Assembly: GCF_009914755.1 (NCBI RefSeq)
Contig: NC_060932.1
Length of the DNA stretch: 64,000 bases
Source of the DNA: the human T2T-CHM13v2.0 reference genome, Homo sapiens
Reading direction: 5' to 3' (one strand)
Below the pieces are notes generated by a model, which searched no databases, was not told the origin of the DNA, and was given only the letters and a program-made list of their open reading frames with translations. This document shows positions 14,430 to 31,937 of the stretch, one piece after another; position 1 is the stretch's first letter; each line of letters begins with the position of its first letter. Made by a program: the position numbers and the translations under genes.

Positions 14430-15420
14430 GCCACTGTGGGGAGCTGATAAGAAGAAGAGTTTGCAAACGGGCTACCATGGAGAAAATTCACAAGTTGTTT
14501 TCCTAAAAAGGGAGGAATTGGAGTGGGGGCGGGCATGGTGGGGGCAGGGCCCGTTCCCTCGGCTCTGGAGGTCTCTATATTCTTTAGCTCTTAATCATTA
14601 GATCGGAAAAGGGGGGGAAGGGCAGGCAATGGAGGCAGAGGAGGAGGGAAAGGGGAAGAAAAAAACTCAACAACAACAAAGAGCCAGCCTAACACTCAGG
14701 TCCTCGGGGACCCAGAACTCCATTCAGAGTTTTCAGAAAATAGGGTCAGGCATGTCTTGTGACCTGAGACCCCAGAGCTCCTCTGTTCCCCATAATTATC
14801 TAATACAGCACTCTCTCTGCCAAATACAATGAAACAATTTGTCACTTCAATTATCTGTCAGTCAACACTGAGGCCTTTTCAGCAGGCCAGCACATGTGTT
14901 TGGAGAGCTTGTCAGTGAGGGCTGTCTAGCCAGACCCATAACCACGGAAAATGGAACCTTTGTTAATTCTGGTTCTTAGAAAAGTAAATCCATTCAATTT
15001 CTCTCCTCTCGCTCTCTCCTTTTCTAAATGCCTTCAGCTTGGAATTCGCACAAGGAACTGAATTGGTCCTGCTCTGAACTTCGGATGACTGGCCGAAGGA
15101 TTTGCATGAGGAAGCAGAAATTAATTATTCTTTTCGGGGCTTTTTCCCCCTCGTTTTCTGTAATTCTGTGTTAGAAGCGAGATTACACCCTGCGTTACCA
15201 GCGGATGGGGGTGGTGAGGGATAGGGAAGTGGGGGCCGGGCTGGGAGAGGCAAGCGGTTCCTGAGTTCAGCCCCGCCAGCGGCCCTGCTTTCCTTTTCCT
15301 TCCCTGCTCTCATGTGGGAAGAAGGCAGCTCCATGCCCGCCGCCAAGGGGAAGGCGGGACATGTGGCTCCCTCCGGAAGGGCGCTCCCCTTCAGGGTCCT
15401 GGGGATTCTCCACTTGGAGA
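14430..15420. promoter_or_regulatory. Candidate enhancer/promoter-like unique region
   Basis: Non-repetitive; GC box near 14525, GATA motifs at 14445, 14796 and 14851, octamer at 15100, locally raised CpG at 15150-15400. Motif evidence only. Confidence 0.3.
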
Positions 15421-15882
15421 AATAAAGGAAAAGGAAATGGGTCATCCCTTGGGCAGAGCCTGACTTCCACTCCTAGACACAGACCTAAGGCTATTTCCTG
15501 CCAGGACGCAGAGGCCTCCTCCCCTGTGGGTGGACAGGGACCTCCACGCTGTCAGGGACCTCCTCCCCGTGAGGGCAAAGCAGGTCCATGGCTGAATCAT
15601 TGAGGCCTGCCTGGGAAGTCTGTACATCAGTGATATTTCCCAGAATGGTCTAACTTTAAATACTCCAGCCCACCGTCAGACCATGTGCGAAGCTGCATGT
15701 CTCCATTTGGGGTTGAGAATTTGAAGCTGCTCTAAGACCGGGTGCCAGCACCCAAGCCAGAGGACCCCTCCCGGCTCACAGGGGTCCTCGCACAGAGAGA
15801 TGCTGGTGTGCTTTGAAGGTGGGAGCTGGGGGTAGGCAGTGGTTTGGTATTTCATAGCTCAATTGTTTCCACAGTAATTGGG

Positions 15883-16215
15883 TTTTTTTTAGAGACAGGG
15901 TCTTGCTCTGTCCCCCAGGCTGGAGTGCATTGGCACCATCGCAGCTCACTACAGCCTCAAACTCCTGGGCTGAATCCTCCCACCTCAGCCTGCCAAGTAG
16001 CTGGGACAACAGATGTGCACCACCACACCCAGCTCAATTTTTTTTAATTTTTAATGTATTTATGTATTCATTTATTTTGTAGAGACAGGGTCTCCACAAA
16101 CGTTATGTTCGTAACATGTTGCCCAGACTGGTCTTGAACTCCTGGCCTCAAGCAATCCTCCCACCTCAGCCTCCCACAGTGCTGGCATTACAGGTGTGAG
16201 CCACTACACCCAGAC
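15883..16215 (-). mobile_element. Alu (AluJ-like) with small internal insertion
   Basis: Reverse Alu; expanded T-rich linker and extra ~20 nt at about 16095-16115. Confidence 0.93.
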
Positions 16216-16764
16216 GCCATACTGATTTTCTTCATACATTGACCTATAACAAATAAAATTATAATGTTTTAAAATTTACATCCATGACTTCATATATGCT
16301 AAATGCTTTATCCCACTTTAGACTTTTACAGATCCTCTCTATGAGGGCCTGTTTCCTCCCCATCCAACACAAGCCCAAAGCCGGGATCCAGTACTTCCTG
16401 CTTCTGGGAGGGTTTCCTTTCCCTCCTTCCAGTCCCAGGACCCAGAACCACCAAAGAACACACATTGGTGTTTTCCAAGGTATTAGAATCGTGTCCCCAG
16501 GACATCTGAGAAAACAGGTCCCTGAAAAAGTTCAAATCAAAATCTCTCTCGCCCACAGATGCACTGGAGAGTGTCCATCCTACAGCCTGGCCTCTGTGTC
16601 ACCAGAATCATTCTTGCCTCTGCCCTTTCTGTCTGCTTTCTCCCCTGCCTCACTTTCTTCCTCTCTTCTTCTCCTTTCTTTCCCTCTTTTTCCATCTGCT
16701 TCCTTTCCTGCCTTTTCCCTGCCAGACTTTTCTCTATATTGTTTCCTCATTTATCCTTCCTTAG

Positions 16765-17209
<445 letters not shown>

Positions 17210-18536
17210 TAAGCCGGAGTGTGGACTCTTAAATTCAGTCATTGCTCAATAAAGAAAGAAATCTGCAACCACCAGGTAGGCCCAGTCCCAGCCAGGCCTG
17301 TAATGGGTGTTCCTGCCTCCATCTCACCCCCAGAACAGAGCGCACTTTTCCCCACGTGACTTAGGTGGCAGAAGTCCTCTAACACGCCATCCTGGCAGCC
17401 AACATGAACGTGGTCCAAGAGGGAACTGGGTCTTTTTCTCCTGAGCTGTGAGTGGAGCCTCTTTTCAGCTCTCAAGGAAGAGTCCATCTTGGGGGATGTG
17501 GCAATGGGGGAAGAAAATCACCTTTCTTTCTAAATGATCTCAAAGTTAACCTGGCCCTACAAAATGAGCACTCACTTTGAGAAGCCACACACTTATTTGA
17601 AATGTTTTTGGAAATTAAAACATATAGAAGAGCAGCACAAAAAACATCAGACACATTACTTTCTAAGAACCCCATGTTTTCAAGAGGGGGTTCACATTTC
17701 GTGAGCTCCAGCATCATTCTCTGCCTTTTTTCAGATTTTATTCTGATTGACTTGGGGATTTTTCCAAAAATCAAGCCTACCCTTAGTGTAGGAAAATCAG
17801 TATAGAAAAAATATATATATATAGCATGCCCTTAGTTTAGGAAACATAGCAACCATTAGGGCAGCATGAAAAGCGACACTGCAATACTGAAAACAATTCC
17901 AAAGGCAGAATGTGCCCAGCGGAGCCAACGTCTAGGCAGGAGCAGGATAACTGAAGCATCTTCTGGGAAGGTAGCTGTAGCATTGACACAGAGGCCAAAC
18001 ATCACAGCTGAGAGAAGCAAAAGACCTGATCGAAATTAATACACGAATATCAGGGCTAAAGCTGGGGAGGGGGGTCAGTCTGTTTTCTCTCATCTCTGGG
18101 ACAGGCACACTATGGCTCTCACCCCACCAACCTTTCCCCAACCTCCATGCTGACCTACTCCCCCTCCCCTGCAAATTCCCTTCATTTAGTTGACATCAGT
18201 TTTTAACCTTTCACCTCCAGCGACATCTACTGTTTGCTCTTTGGGAAACAGAGTGACATGGTTGCCCCGTCTCCTGGTCACTCCCCAGAGAAAAGGGGCA
18301 GAAAGAGAACTGGCCTGAATGAGCAACACAGGCCGGGAGCTGTGTCTAATCCCATCTCCAGCCCTGCACAATTTAGAAGCCTTTCCCAAGGAGCCCTTGA
18401 GACCACAGCTGATTCTTCCTGTCTCACAAACGCTGCCTTTCCAGCAGACGTTTTGATTTTCTCATCCTACCCTTAGATAGTCGACTTTCCTCCACACAGC
18501 CGATCTCCCTGTAAGCCTAGGAAAGAAGAAAATATA

Positions 18537-18845
<309 letters not shown>

Positions 18846-19408
18846 AAGAAAATATATTTGGGGAGAGTGGTAACAACCTAATGTGGTGAATTCAAGGAAC
18901 ACAGCCAGACTGTCAAGAAAATCCTTCCAGGAAAAGAAGAGGGGGACCCAGAGGAAGAAAGGTCAAGCTCTGAGCAAGTGTTCCATGGCTCCTCTGGTCA
19001 TCCTGTGTCTGAGACACCCAGAGACTTGGGGACCAGCCTGAAATCCCTTTGTGCTACATTCATTTGAGTAATCGAGGTTTTAATTCTTTCCTTAGACTCC
19101 ACTCCACTTAGCTTTCTCTGGCTTTAATCACAAAATGTCCAAAAATTGGAATGTGTGCCATTTCTCTTGGGTGACTCCACAGAGTAAATATTTTTTATAC
19201 AATTTATCCAGAAACCCAGAGATGTTGGCTGAAACCAGTCCAAATGCAATTTTGCCACCACCCTCCTGAGAAACAGTGAATAAAGCTCCTTGGGTTGTGA
19301 AGCAAAATTACTTGACAGGCAACAATGCGAAATTTTTAAATACGTGCTTCATCGAACTCAGGCAGTATAAACTATTTCAAACTATTTTTACATCTAGGGT
19401 AGTAAGCA

Positions 19409-19873
19409 CGGTAAAAGAAAAAATTATCCAGCGACACTTATTAAAGCACAGTGAGACACTTTATTCAGGACCACCACCGTAGGTACACAGACCACTGCAG
19501 TGAGGTCTTGCAGTGGGGGAGGGAGATGGGGTTCAACTCCCGATAGATCATGGGCGAGTGGCAATTGCTAGCCAACGAGCAGTGTGGGCTTCAGGAGATG
19601 AAAAGTTACTAAGAGGAAACTCAGAGGTGAGAGGGACAATGGTACACTGACCTAACAGGATTTTTGCTGAAGACAGGCTGGGGTGATCAGGCATCACCTG
19701 GGGATGGTGGAGGATGAGAGATCTGATCATATATTGAGGGTGGGGGTTTGGGCTAAACTAACTTGGCAGGGCTCTTCTGCCAACGCTGGATTTTATAAGG
19801 AAGTGCACTTATAGGCCTAGGAGGAGTTTCAGAAGATGGACTAAAGTTTGGCCAAGCAAAAGAAACTTTGTCA
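19409..19873 (-). mobile_element. MER31-type ERV1 LTR (3' LTR of proviral relic)
   Basis: Minus strand starts TGACAAAGTTTCTTTTGCTTGGCCAAACTTTAGTC as in recalled MER31 consensus; preceded by purine tract AAGAGTGGGGAC (19874-19885, PPT). Confidence 0.8.
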
Positions 19874-19928
19874 GTCCCCACTCTTGTTCAAGGAAAAAAG
19901 AAACATTCTTCTTTTCATTGAATAATAT

Positions 19929-20568
19929 TAAAGCAGCCTCATTGTCTGGAATAACAGCTGAGGTTCGTTGTCTCACAGCCACAGAGAACAAGGACGCAGA
20001 CACACAAAGTGTAAGGTTGAGAGTGGAAGTTTAATAGGCGAAAGAAAGAGATAGCTCTCTGCTATAGAGTGGGGTCCCAGAAAAATGGGTTGCTGGATCT
20101 GCAGTGAAATGCAGCCACGGTGGGAGTGTGGTGGGGGGTGTTATGGTGTCTGATTTACATAGGGCGTGAAAAACTGGTTGGACCCAGTGTTCCATTTGCA
20201 TAGAGTGTGAATCTCTGGCTGCCCCCATCCCAATCTTTTATTATGCAGGCAGGTTCTCTGCCTGAGCTTCCCCATGTTGCCCATTTCTTTATTACTGTAC
20301 ACCTGGTAATAAAAAAAAGGGAAGATGGAGCCTCCATGGTGGACATGCCTGGCCCCCAGGTATCCCTTTTCTATTGGCACAGCTGCTGGCATTCCTCCGA
20401 GCAAGCTTCCAGCTTGCTTATCTATGTCTGCAGCTCAATTTTTCAGGCTGCTCTTTTTTAGAAAAGAAATGCTTTTGGGGAATGCTTTTTGCTAGAGGGA
20501 AGAAGCTCTGTCAGGAGTCTTTTGCCCTCACTATCTGCCTAAATAACTTCTTTCTACCTCCTCTATCA
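19929..20568 (-). mobile_element. Solo LTR9-family ERV1 LTR
   Basis: Minus start TGATAGAGGAGGTAGAAAGAAGTTATTTAGGCAGATAGTGAGGG, end CCAGACAATGAGGCTGCTTTA; 4-bp TSD ATAT at 19925-19928 and 20569-20572. Confidence 0.8.
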
Positions 20569-22582
20569 ATATAAGGCTATTTTCCTTCTTGGTTGCCTTT
20601 TGCTCACGAAGGACCAGCTGGCTCATTTCTTGGGATCTGGTAGTGAGGAAGATCTCCTGGATGGTGTGAGCCTTTAATCAGGGGAGCTTAATTTCCATGA
20701 AAATAAAAGAAAAACAAAGATTACTACCTGGAACAAACTATAAACTCAGGTTTATACAAACTCAGAGAGCAGCCAATCAAGAAAATTTCTAGATGCTGGG
20801 CTTCAAGCATCTGCAGTTGGAGTAAGGCAGAGGCAGGAAGTGGCAAATGACAGATTTTCCTGGTTTACAGTTTTGAGTGTCACAAAGGTTGTCCGTACAT
20901 ACACAGTTGTGGTGATCTCTTTCAAGTTTATATCAAGACCTCAAGCTTCAGCTTGCAGGACTACAAAAAAGAGCAGTTTTACCTTCAGTGATTTCAAGTC
21001 AGAAGGGTGGGAGAAAATCAGAAATATTAATTTGGAGAATTGTAGCTAGACATTGGAGGAAACTAGAATTTAGGATGCAGTCCAGATTACAGGCAGATAA
21101 TAAAACTTCAGAGAAAATAAAGAGGGCTAGACTCTAATGTTGGGTACACTATAGTTTTCTTCTGAAAGATAATTTTTCTTTTAACAGTCACCCCCATTTC
21201 TAACAAGATGATCAAAATAAGACTGATTTGTTTGCAAAATAACTTTGGTCTCATTAAACTTGATTATTTACATAACTGCATCACTATTCTTACATATATA
21301 CATAAGTGTAAGAATTATGATTGACTATATCGGCTTCTGTTAATTTTGATGGAACTTTTGATGAGGAATCTCAGATTGGACTTGTAAAAGCCTCTCAAAG
21401 ACAGGAAGCCACACAAAGGACTTGCCATAAAGCTATGTCTGTAACACCTATAGTTTTGAATGAATTCCTTTCTTCTCAAGATCCCCAAAATATCCTGTTT
21501 CTTATGCCAGCCAGGAAGTGACATTCCTGACTCACCTGTAAGGCCAGGAACTCTCAGGCCAGTTTTTCAAAAAGAGAGCTTTATTGACTCCATAAAGTCA
21601 GGCTTAGTTTCTTAAAGCTCTTTGGTCATAGCTGAAATATGACATTCCAGTGAAAGCCTTGGTAATATAACCAGTGTTTCCAATTGTGTCCTGTTACAAA
21701 AAGAACAGATTCTTATTGAAATGAAGCAAATTACTACATTGCCATAAAAATAAGAATACTCACAAATAGTTTCCTAATTCTAGAAGGATTGGGTATGGAG
21801 AAAAAATAAATCTTTCAACTTTTGTTCACAAAAGTATACTTTACCAAATTGCTGTAAGCTATCAATAGCTTTTAAAAGCTTCCTTAAATCTGAAAAACAA
21901 AACTTTTGAAGAATCAACAATATTTCCAATGAAAAGTCACTTAAAAATTATCCTCATCAGTTCATTCAATCCCATGTAATTAATTCTTGTTCTGCTTGAT
22001 CTTGGGACAGCAGTTTCATGAACCCATTGGTTTCATTAGATTTCTGGAAATTCTTATCCAGTTCAATGGTATGATCTTAAAGTTATCAGAAACCTATATT
22101 TGTCAGAGTTTCTTTTATAAATCTCCTTGAAGATACAGCATTTTAGGATTGTAGTTGCTTACAAAGAAAAAAATTTTCAGAATAAAGCACTTAACTGTGG
22201 ACAACAAGACTTCAAATGGCTATGATTAAAGTTCTGATGTGAGTTCAGTGTAATAATGGCACAACTCACAATGAATTTGTGAGTTTCTAGTATTTCCTAG
22301 AAATACTACATTTCTAGGAATCTCATGCAATTTTTGGAACACTCATATCAATAACACATCCATAAATATAACTTAAAGAACATTTAGCATCACTTATTAT
22401 TTGACAATGCTTCCCATATAATTTAACATATCAAATAAGCCTAATTAGTTTAATAGCTCTATTTTCCAAAGTGAAAGATACATCCTTCAAGGCTTTCCTG
22501 AGGCCCAATTAAGTCAAAAAGACTTAATTTAGAACTTGATTTGGGTTTGTCCAGAATATCAAAGGTTTAAAACACTTGATTA

Positions 22583-22905
<323 letters not shown>

Positions 22906-23494
22906 TTAGTTATCTATTTAATTGAACTGATAATGAAAGATTTTAAATGTAAATACAGAAGGTGACGTACTTACGAACAAAAATTTAGCTCTTTTAATAT
23001 TGAGAAGACCCAATTTTCTTAAGTAATCAAAGAACCAATAAAATACAACATTAAGCACAAGAAATTATCTTGATAAAACACATAATCTTTGTTTCCTAGG
23101 CCAGTTACATAAAAGGTAAGGAAAACCCTTCACATTCTCAGACCAATATGCCAAAAAAAACTTTGTCATTTTAATAGAGAAGACCAAAGTTTGTTTTGCA
23201 TCAGTACACTACTAAAACAAATTTTTAATGAAACCTTATAAATGAATATATCTGGCAGTTTTGACTACACAAGATTTTCATAGCTCTTTAACAACCTCTT
23301 TTTTTTTAACTTTTGCAACTAACATGCATCAGGCAACTCATTTGTACTGTGTATTGTGTTTAATGTGTCTATGATTTTAAACATCTAAGCAGAGACAACA
23401 CAAACCTGTCTGACCAGCATAAGCATGCAAGAATGTCTGTATTATATTTAATGCTGACAATTCTAAAGACATTCTTATTTTAACTAATTATTTA

Positions 23495-23650
23495 ATTAAT
23501 TTTTTTAGAGATGGGAGTTTCTCTAGTAGGTCCAGGCTGGAGTGCAGTGGCTATTCACAGGCATGACCATGGCTCACTACAGCCTTGAACTTCTGGGCTC
23601 AAGCAATCCTCCTGCCTTAGCTTCCCAAGTAACTGGACCACTGTACCAGG
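23495..23650 (-). mobile_element. FAM (fossil Alu monomer, 7SL-derived)
   Basis: Monomer retaining the 7SL/FAM-type segment GTGCAGTGGCTATTCACAGGC. Confidence 0.75.
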
Positions 23651-24231
23651 TTTCCTACTTTTATTTTACCAATAATTTTTAAACTAACTTTTATTTACCA
23701 AAGATTATCTCAGATCATATTAACTTTAAAACTTGGGGGCACTTTCCATTTTTCTGAGACTTTTATGAATATTTAATTTATCTGAGCATCATTTATACCT
23801 AAATCAACTTGGCATTTTAGTTGGTAATTAGCTGGCATTTAGTTGGTGGTAGAAAAATACCATGTATACATAACATAGAAACTAAATACATATACATGTA
23901 CACAAACATAAACATACAGACAGATGCAACCAAATCCTATTGTTTTTCATTTAAAAATTCTTATCATGAAGCAATAAAACAGAGTAATAAAAACTCACTG
24001 GTTTATCGCCACTTATACTTTTTTTTTATTATACTTTAAGTTCTAGGGTACATGTGCACAACGTGCAGGTTTGTTACATATGTATACATGTGCCATGTTG
24101 GTGTGTTGCTCCCGTTAACTCATCATTTACATTAGGTATATCTCCTAATGCTATCCCTCCTCCTTCCCCCAACCCTATGACAGGCCCTGGTGTGTGACAT
24201 TCCCCACCCTGTGTCCAAGTGCTCTAATTGT

Positions 24232-28048
<3,817 letters not shown>

Positions 28049-28111
28049 TATGATATTAGCTGGTTATTTTGCTCGTTAGTTGATACAGTTTCTTCCTAGC
28101 ATTGATGGTCT

Positions 28112-29137
28112 CTACAATTTGGCATGTTTTTGCAGTGGTTGGTACCAATTGTTCCTTTCCATTTTTAGTGCTTCCTTCAGGAGCTCTTGTAAGGCAGGCC
28201 TGGTGGTTACAAAATCTCTCAGCATTTGTTTGTCTATAAATCATTTTATTTCTCCTTCACTTATGAAGCTTAGTTTGGCTGGATGTGAAATTCTGGGTTG
28301 AAAATTCTTTTCTTTAAGAATGTTGAATATTGGCCCCCACTCTCTTCTGGCTTGTAGAGTTTCTGCCGAGAGATCTGCTATTAGTCTGATGGGCTTCCCT
28401 TTGTGGGTAACCCGACCTTTCTCTCTGGCTGCCCTTGACATTTTTTCCTTCATTTCAACTTTGGTGAATCTGACAATTATGTGTTTTGGAGTTGCTCTTC
28501 TCGAGGAGTATCTTTATGGTGTTCTCTGTATTTCCTGAATTTGAATGTTGGCCTGCCTCGCTAGTTTGTGGAAGTTCTCCTGGATAATATCCTGCGGAGT
28601 GTTTTCCAACTTGGTTCCATTCTTCCCGTCACTTTCAGGTACACCAATGAGATGTAGATTTGGTCTTTTCACATAGTCCCATATTTCTTGGAGGCTTTGT
28701 TCATTTCTTTATACTCTTTTTTCTCTAAACTTCTCTTCTCACTTCATTTCATTCATTTGATCTTCAATCACTGATACTCTTTCTTCCACTTGATCAAATC
28801 AGCTACTGAAGCTCGTACATGCATCATGTAGTTCTCGTGCCATGGTTTTCAGCTCCATCAGGTCATTTAAGGACTTCTCTACACTGTTTATTCTAGTTAG
28901 CCATTCGTCTAATCTTTTTTCAAGGTTTTTAGCTTCTTTGCAATGGGTTCGAACATCCTCCTTTAGCTTGGAGAAGTTTGTTATTACCTATTGTCTGAAG
29001 CCTTTTTCTCTCAACTCATCAAAGTCATTCTCCATCCAGCTTTGTTCCATTGCTGGTGAGGAGCTGTGTTCCTTTGGAGGAGAAGAGGCGCTCTGAATTT
29101 TAGAATGTTCAGCTTTTCTGCTCTGGTTTCTCCCCAT
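28112..29137 (-). pseudogene. L1 ORF1 (RNA-binding protein), disrupted
   Basis: ATG at 29137 (MGRNQSRKAE), premature stop at 28988, later fragment ...DLSAETLQARREWGPIFNILKEKNFQPRISHPAKLSF. Confidence 0.94.
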
Positions 29138-29698
29138 CTTTGTGGTTTTATCCACCTTTGGTCTTTGATGATGGTGACGTACAGATGGGGTTTTGGTGTG
29201 GATGTCCTTTCTGTTTGTTAGTTTTCCTTCTCTCAGCTGCAGGTCTGTTGGAATTTGCTGGAGGTCCACTCCAGACACTGTTTGCCTGGGCATCACCAGC
29301 AGAGGCTGCAGAACGGCAAATATTGTAGAACAGCAAATGTTGCTGTCTGATCCTTCTTCAGGAAGCTTCATCTCAGAGGGGCACCTGGCTGTATGAGATG
29401 TCAGATGGCCCCTACTGGGAGGTGAATTCCAGTTAGGCTACTTGGGGGACAGGCACCACTTGAGGAGGCAGTCTGTCTGTTCTCAGATCTCAAACTCCAT
29501 GCTGGGAGAAGGACTACTCTCTTCAAAGCTGTCAGACAGGGACATTTAAGTCTGCAGAAGTTTCTGCTGCCTTTTGTTCAGCTATGCCCTGCCCCCAGAG
29601 GTGGAGTCTACAGAGGCAGGCAGGCTTCCTTGAGCTGTGGTGGGCTCCACCCAGTTCAAGCTTCCAGGCCGCTTGGTTTACTTACTCAAGCCTCAGCA

Positions 29699-29929
29699 AT
29701 GGCGGACACCCCTCCCCCAGCCTTGCTGCCACCTGGCAGTTCAATCTCAGACTGCTGTGCTAGCAATGAGCAAGGCTCCGTGGGCGTGGGACCCTCCAAG
29801 CCATGCGTGGGATATAATCTCCTGGTGTGCCATTTGCTAAGCCCAAGCGCAGTATTACGGTGGGAGTGTCCTGATTTTTCAGGTACCATCTGTCATGGCT
29901 TCCCTTTGCTAGGAAAGGGAATTCCCTGA
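29699..29929 (+). CDS. L1 ORF0-like antisense ORF, 76 aa, frameshifted C-terminus; expression unknown
   Basis: MADTPPPALLPPGSSISDCCASNEQGSVGVGPSKP... aligns with recalled ORF0 (MAGAPPPASLPPCSLISDCCASNQRDSVGVGPSEP); Kozak GCAATGG. Confidence 0.45.
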   Translation: MADTPPPALLPPGSSISDCCASNEQGSVGVGPSKPCVGYNLLVCHLLSPSAVLRWECPDFSGTICHGFPLLGKGIP

Positions 29930-30625
29930 CCCCCTGTGCTTCCCTGGTGAGGCAATGCCCCACTCTGCACCCACTGTCTGACAAGCCCCAGTGAGATGAA
30001 CCCAGTACCTCAGTTGGAAATGCAGAAATCACCGTCTTCTGTGTCGCTCATGCTGGAAGCTGCAGACTGGAGCTGTTCCTATTTGGCCATCTTGGAACCT
30101 CCCTCCTCCACTTATATTTTTATTCGAATTGTGTTTGTAATGAAAACAGGACAAGTTGAGGTTACCTACTCAATAAGGGCTAAAGCTTTTAACCAATACT
30201 TGTAGAGAAGACTCCTTCAATTCTTCATTTGCCTAACTTCCAAGTAGTTCCCTTTTTTCTTTTTAGCCTCAGGTGTTTGCTTTGGGGGCCCTCCGAGTCC
30301 CTTGAGAGCCCCCAGTGGAGGGTAGAGGGGCCTGAAGTTCAAGTGACTGAGGGGCTGAAGTGGGGAAGGAAAGGGTCTGGCAGGGTGTGGACAGAGTTGG
30401 CAGAGCATACAGGCAGCAGGGGTTCAAGAAGAGGGTTTTCAGGTGGCAGAGAAGCTTCCATGGGAGAAGCAGGAACTGACAGAGAGAATAGAGACAACAG
30501 AGAGGCCTCACAGACAGTCAGGAAGAACTTCCAGCCCAGGGAGTCAGAGAATAATCCCTCCTCAGAACAAGGAGCTAGGAAGATGACCTTCTAGCCCAGG
30601 AGGTAGCTGTCAAAAGTAGCCTGGG

Positions 30626-30797
30626 GGCCTGGTGCAGTGGCTCATGCTTGGAATCCCAACACCTTAGAAGGCCAAGGTGGGAAAATCATTTGAGACCAAA
30701 AGCTTGGGAACAGCCTAGGCAACATAGTGAGACCCCATCTCTACAAAAAAATATAAAAATTAGCCAGGCATGGTGGTACATGCCTGTACTCCCAGGA
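30626..30797 (+). mobile_element. Alu left arm plus start of right arm (AluJ-like, truncated)
   Basis: GGCCTGGTGCAGTGGCTCATGC...CTCTACAAAAAAATATAAAAATTAGCCAGGC...CCTGTACTCCCAG. Confidence 0.88.
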
Positions 30798-30887
30798 GTA
30801 CTGTCAGGAGTGAAGACAAAGGTTTCAAAGGCACACACTTAGGGTCCTGAGTGAGAGGTTCAAGCATCGAATAATGAATCTAATCTT

Positions 30888-30905
30888 ATCCAAGTTATGA
30901 CACCA
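30888..30905 (-). other. Decayed retroviral primer-binding site (tRNA-His-like)
   Basis: Minus strand TGGTGTCATAACTTGGAT, 4 nt from the LTR end; differs from His PBS TGGTGCCGTGACTCGGAT by four transitions (two at CpG); a Leu PBS differs by three transversions and is not excluded. Confidence 0.6.
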
Positions 30906-30909
30906 TAGC

Positions 30910-31360
30910 TGTTAAGGAAGAAATTATTCAATGATGCTTATTAAAGTACAGTAAGGAACACTTTATTCTGGACCATGGTGATAGGTATAGGGAACACTGA
31001 AATAGGATCTTGCAGTGGGGGACAGAGATGGAGCTCAATTCCCAATACAGCATGGGCAAGTGGGAACTGATAGACAAGGAGCAGTGTAGGGGTCAGTGGA
31101 TGGAAAATTACTAAGAGGAAAAACACAGGGAGAAAGCTGATTCTGGGTAACCAACCTAGCAGGATTCCTGCTGAAGATATCACCTGGGGGATAGTGGGGG
31201 ATCAGGAACCTAATCCGAAATTGCGGGTGGGGGCTGCTGGCTAACCTGATTTAGCAGGGTTCTTTTGCTAAACCTGAATTTTACAAGGAAGTGCATAGAT
31301 GGGTCCATGAGAAGGTTCCAAAGCCAGACTAAAGTTTGGCCAACCAAAGAATCTTTGTCA
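30910..31360 (-). mobile_element. MER31-type ERV1 LTR (5' LTR)
   Basis: Homologous to 19409-19873 (shared GACTAAAGTTTGGCCAA, AAGGAAGTGCA, TTACTAAGAGGAAA, TCTTGCAGTGGGGGA); TG...CA termini. Confidence 0.82.
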
Positions 31361-31613
31361 GAATTACCTGAGTTCAATGAATTTTAAAACTCAATTTATA
31401 ATTAATTATCTGCTTTTTATTATCAATATCCCAACTAAATAAAAATGATCTATGATCATATAAAGTGAGTGCAGCTTTGGGGGAGGTTGTTACCCAGCCA
31501 GGAGCAGAGAAAAGGACAGCCAGGTATAAAAGCCAGAGGTCACAAAGCCTGGCTTCTCGTCCTAGGTCTGCTTCCAAGTAGTTAAGTGTCTTTAGGCAAG
31601 TTAGTGATGATAA

Positions 31614-31937
<324 letters not shown>

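Noticed and set aside
23495-23650. 7SL RNA gene
   Set aside because: Short, diverged monomer lacking the S domain; better explained as FAM.
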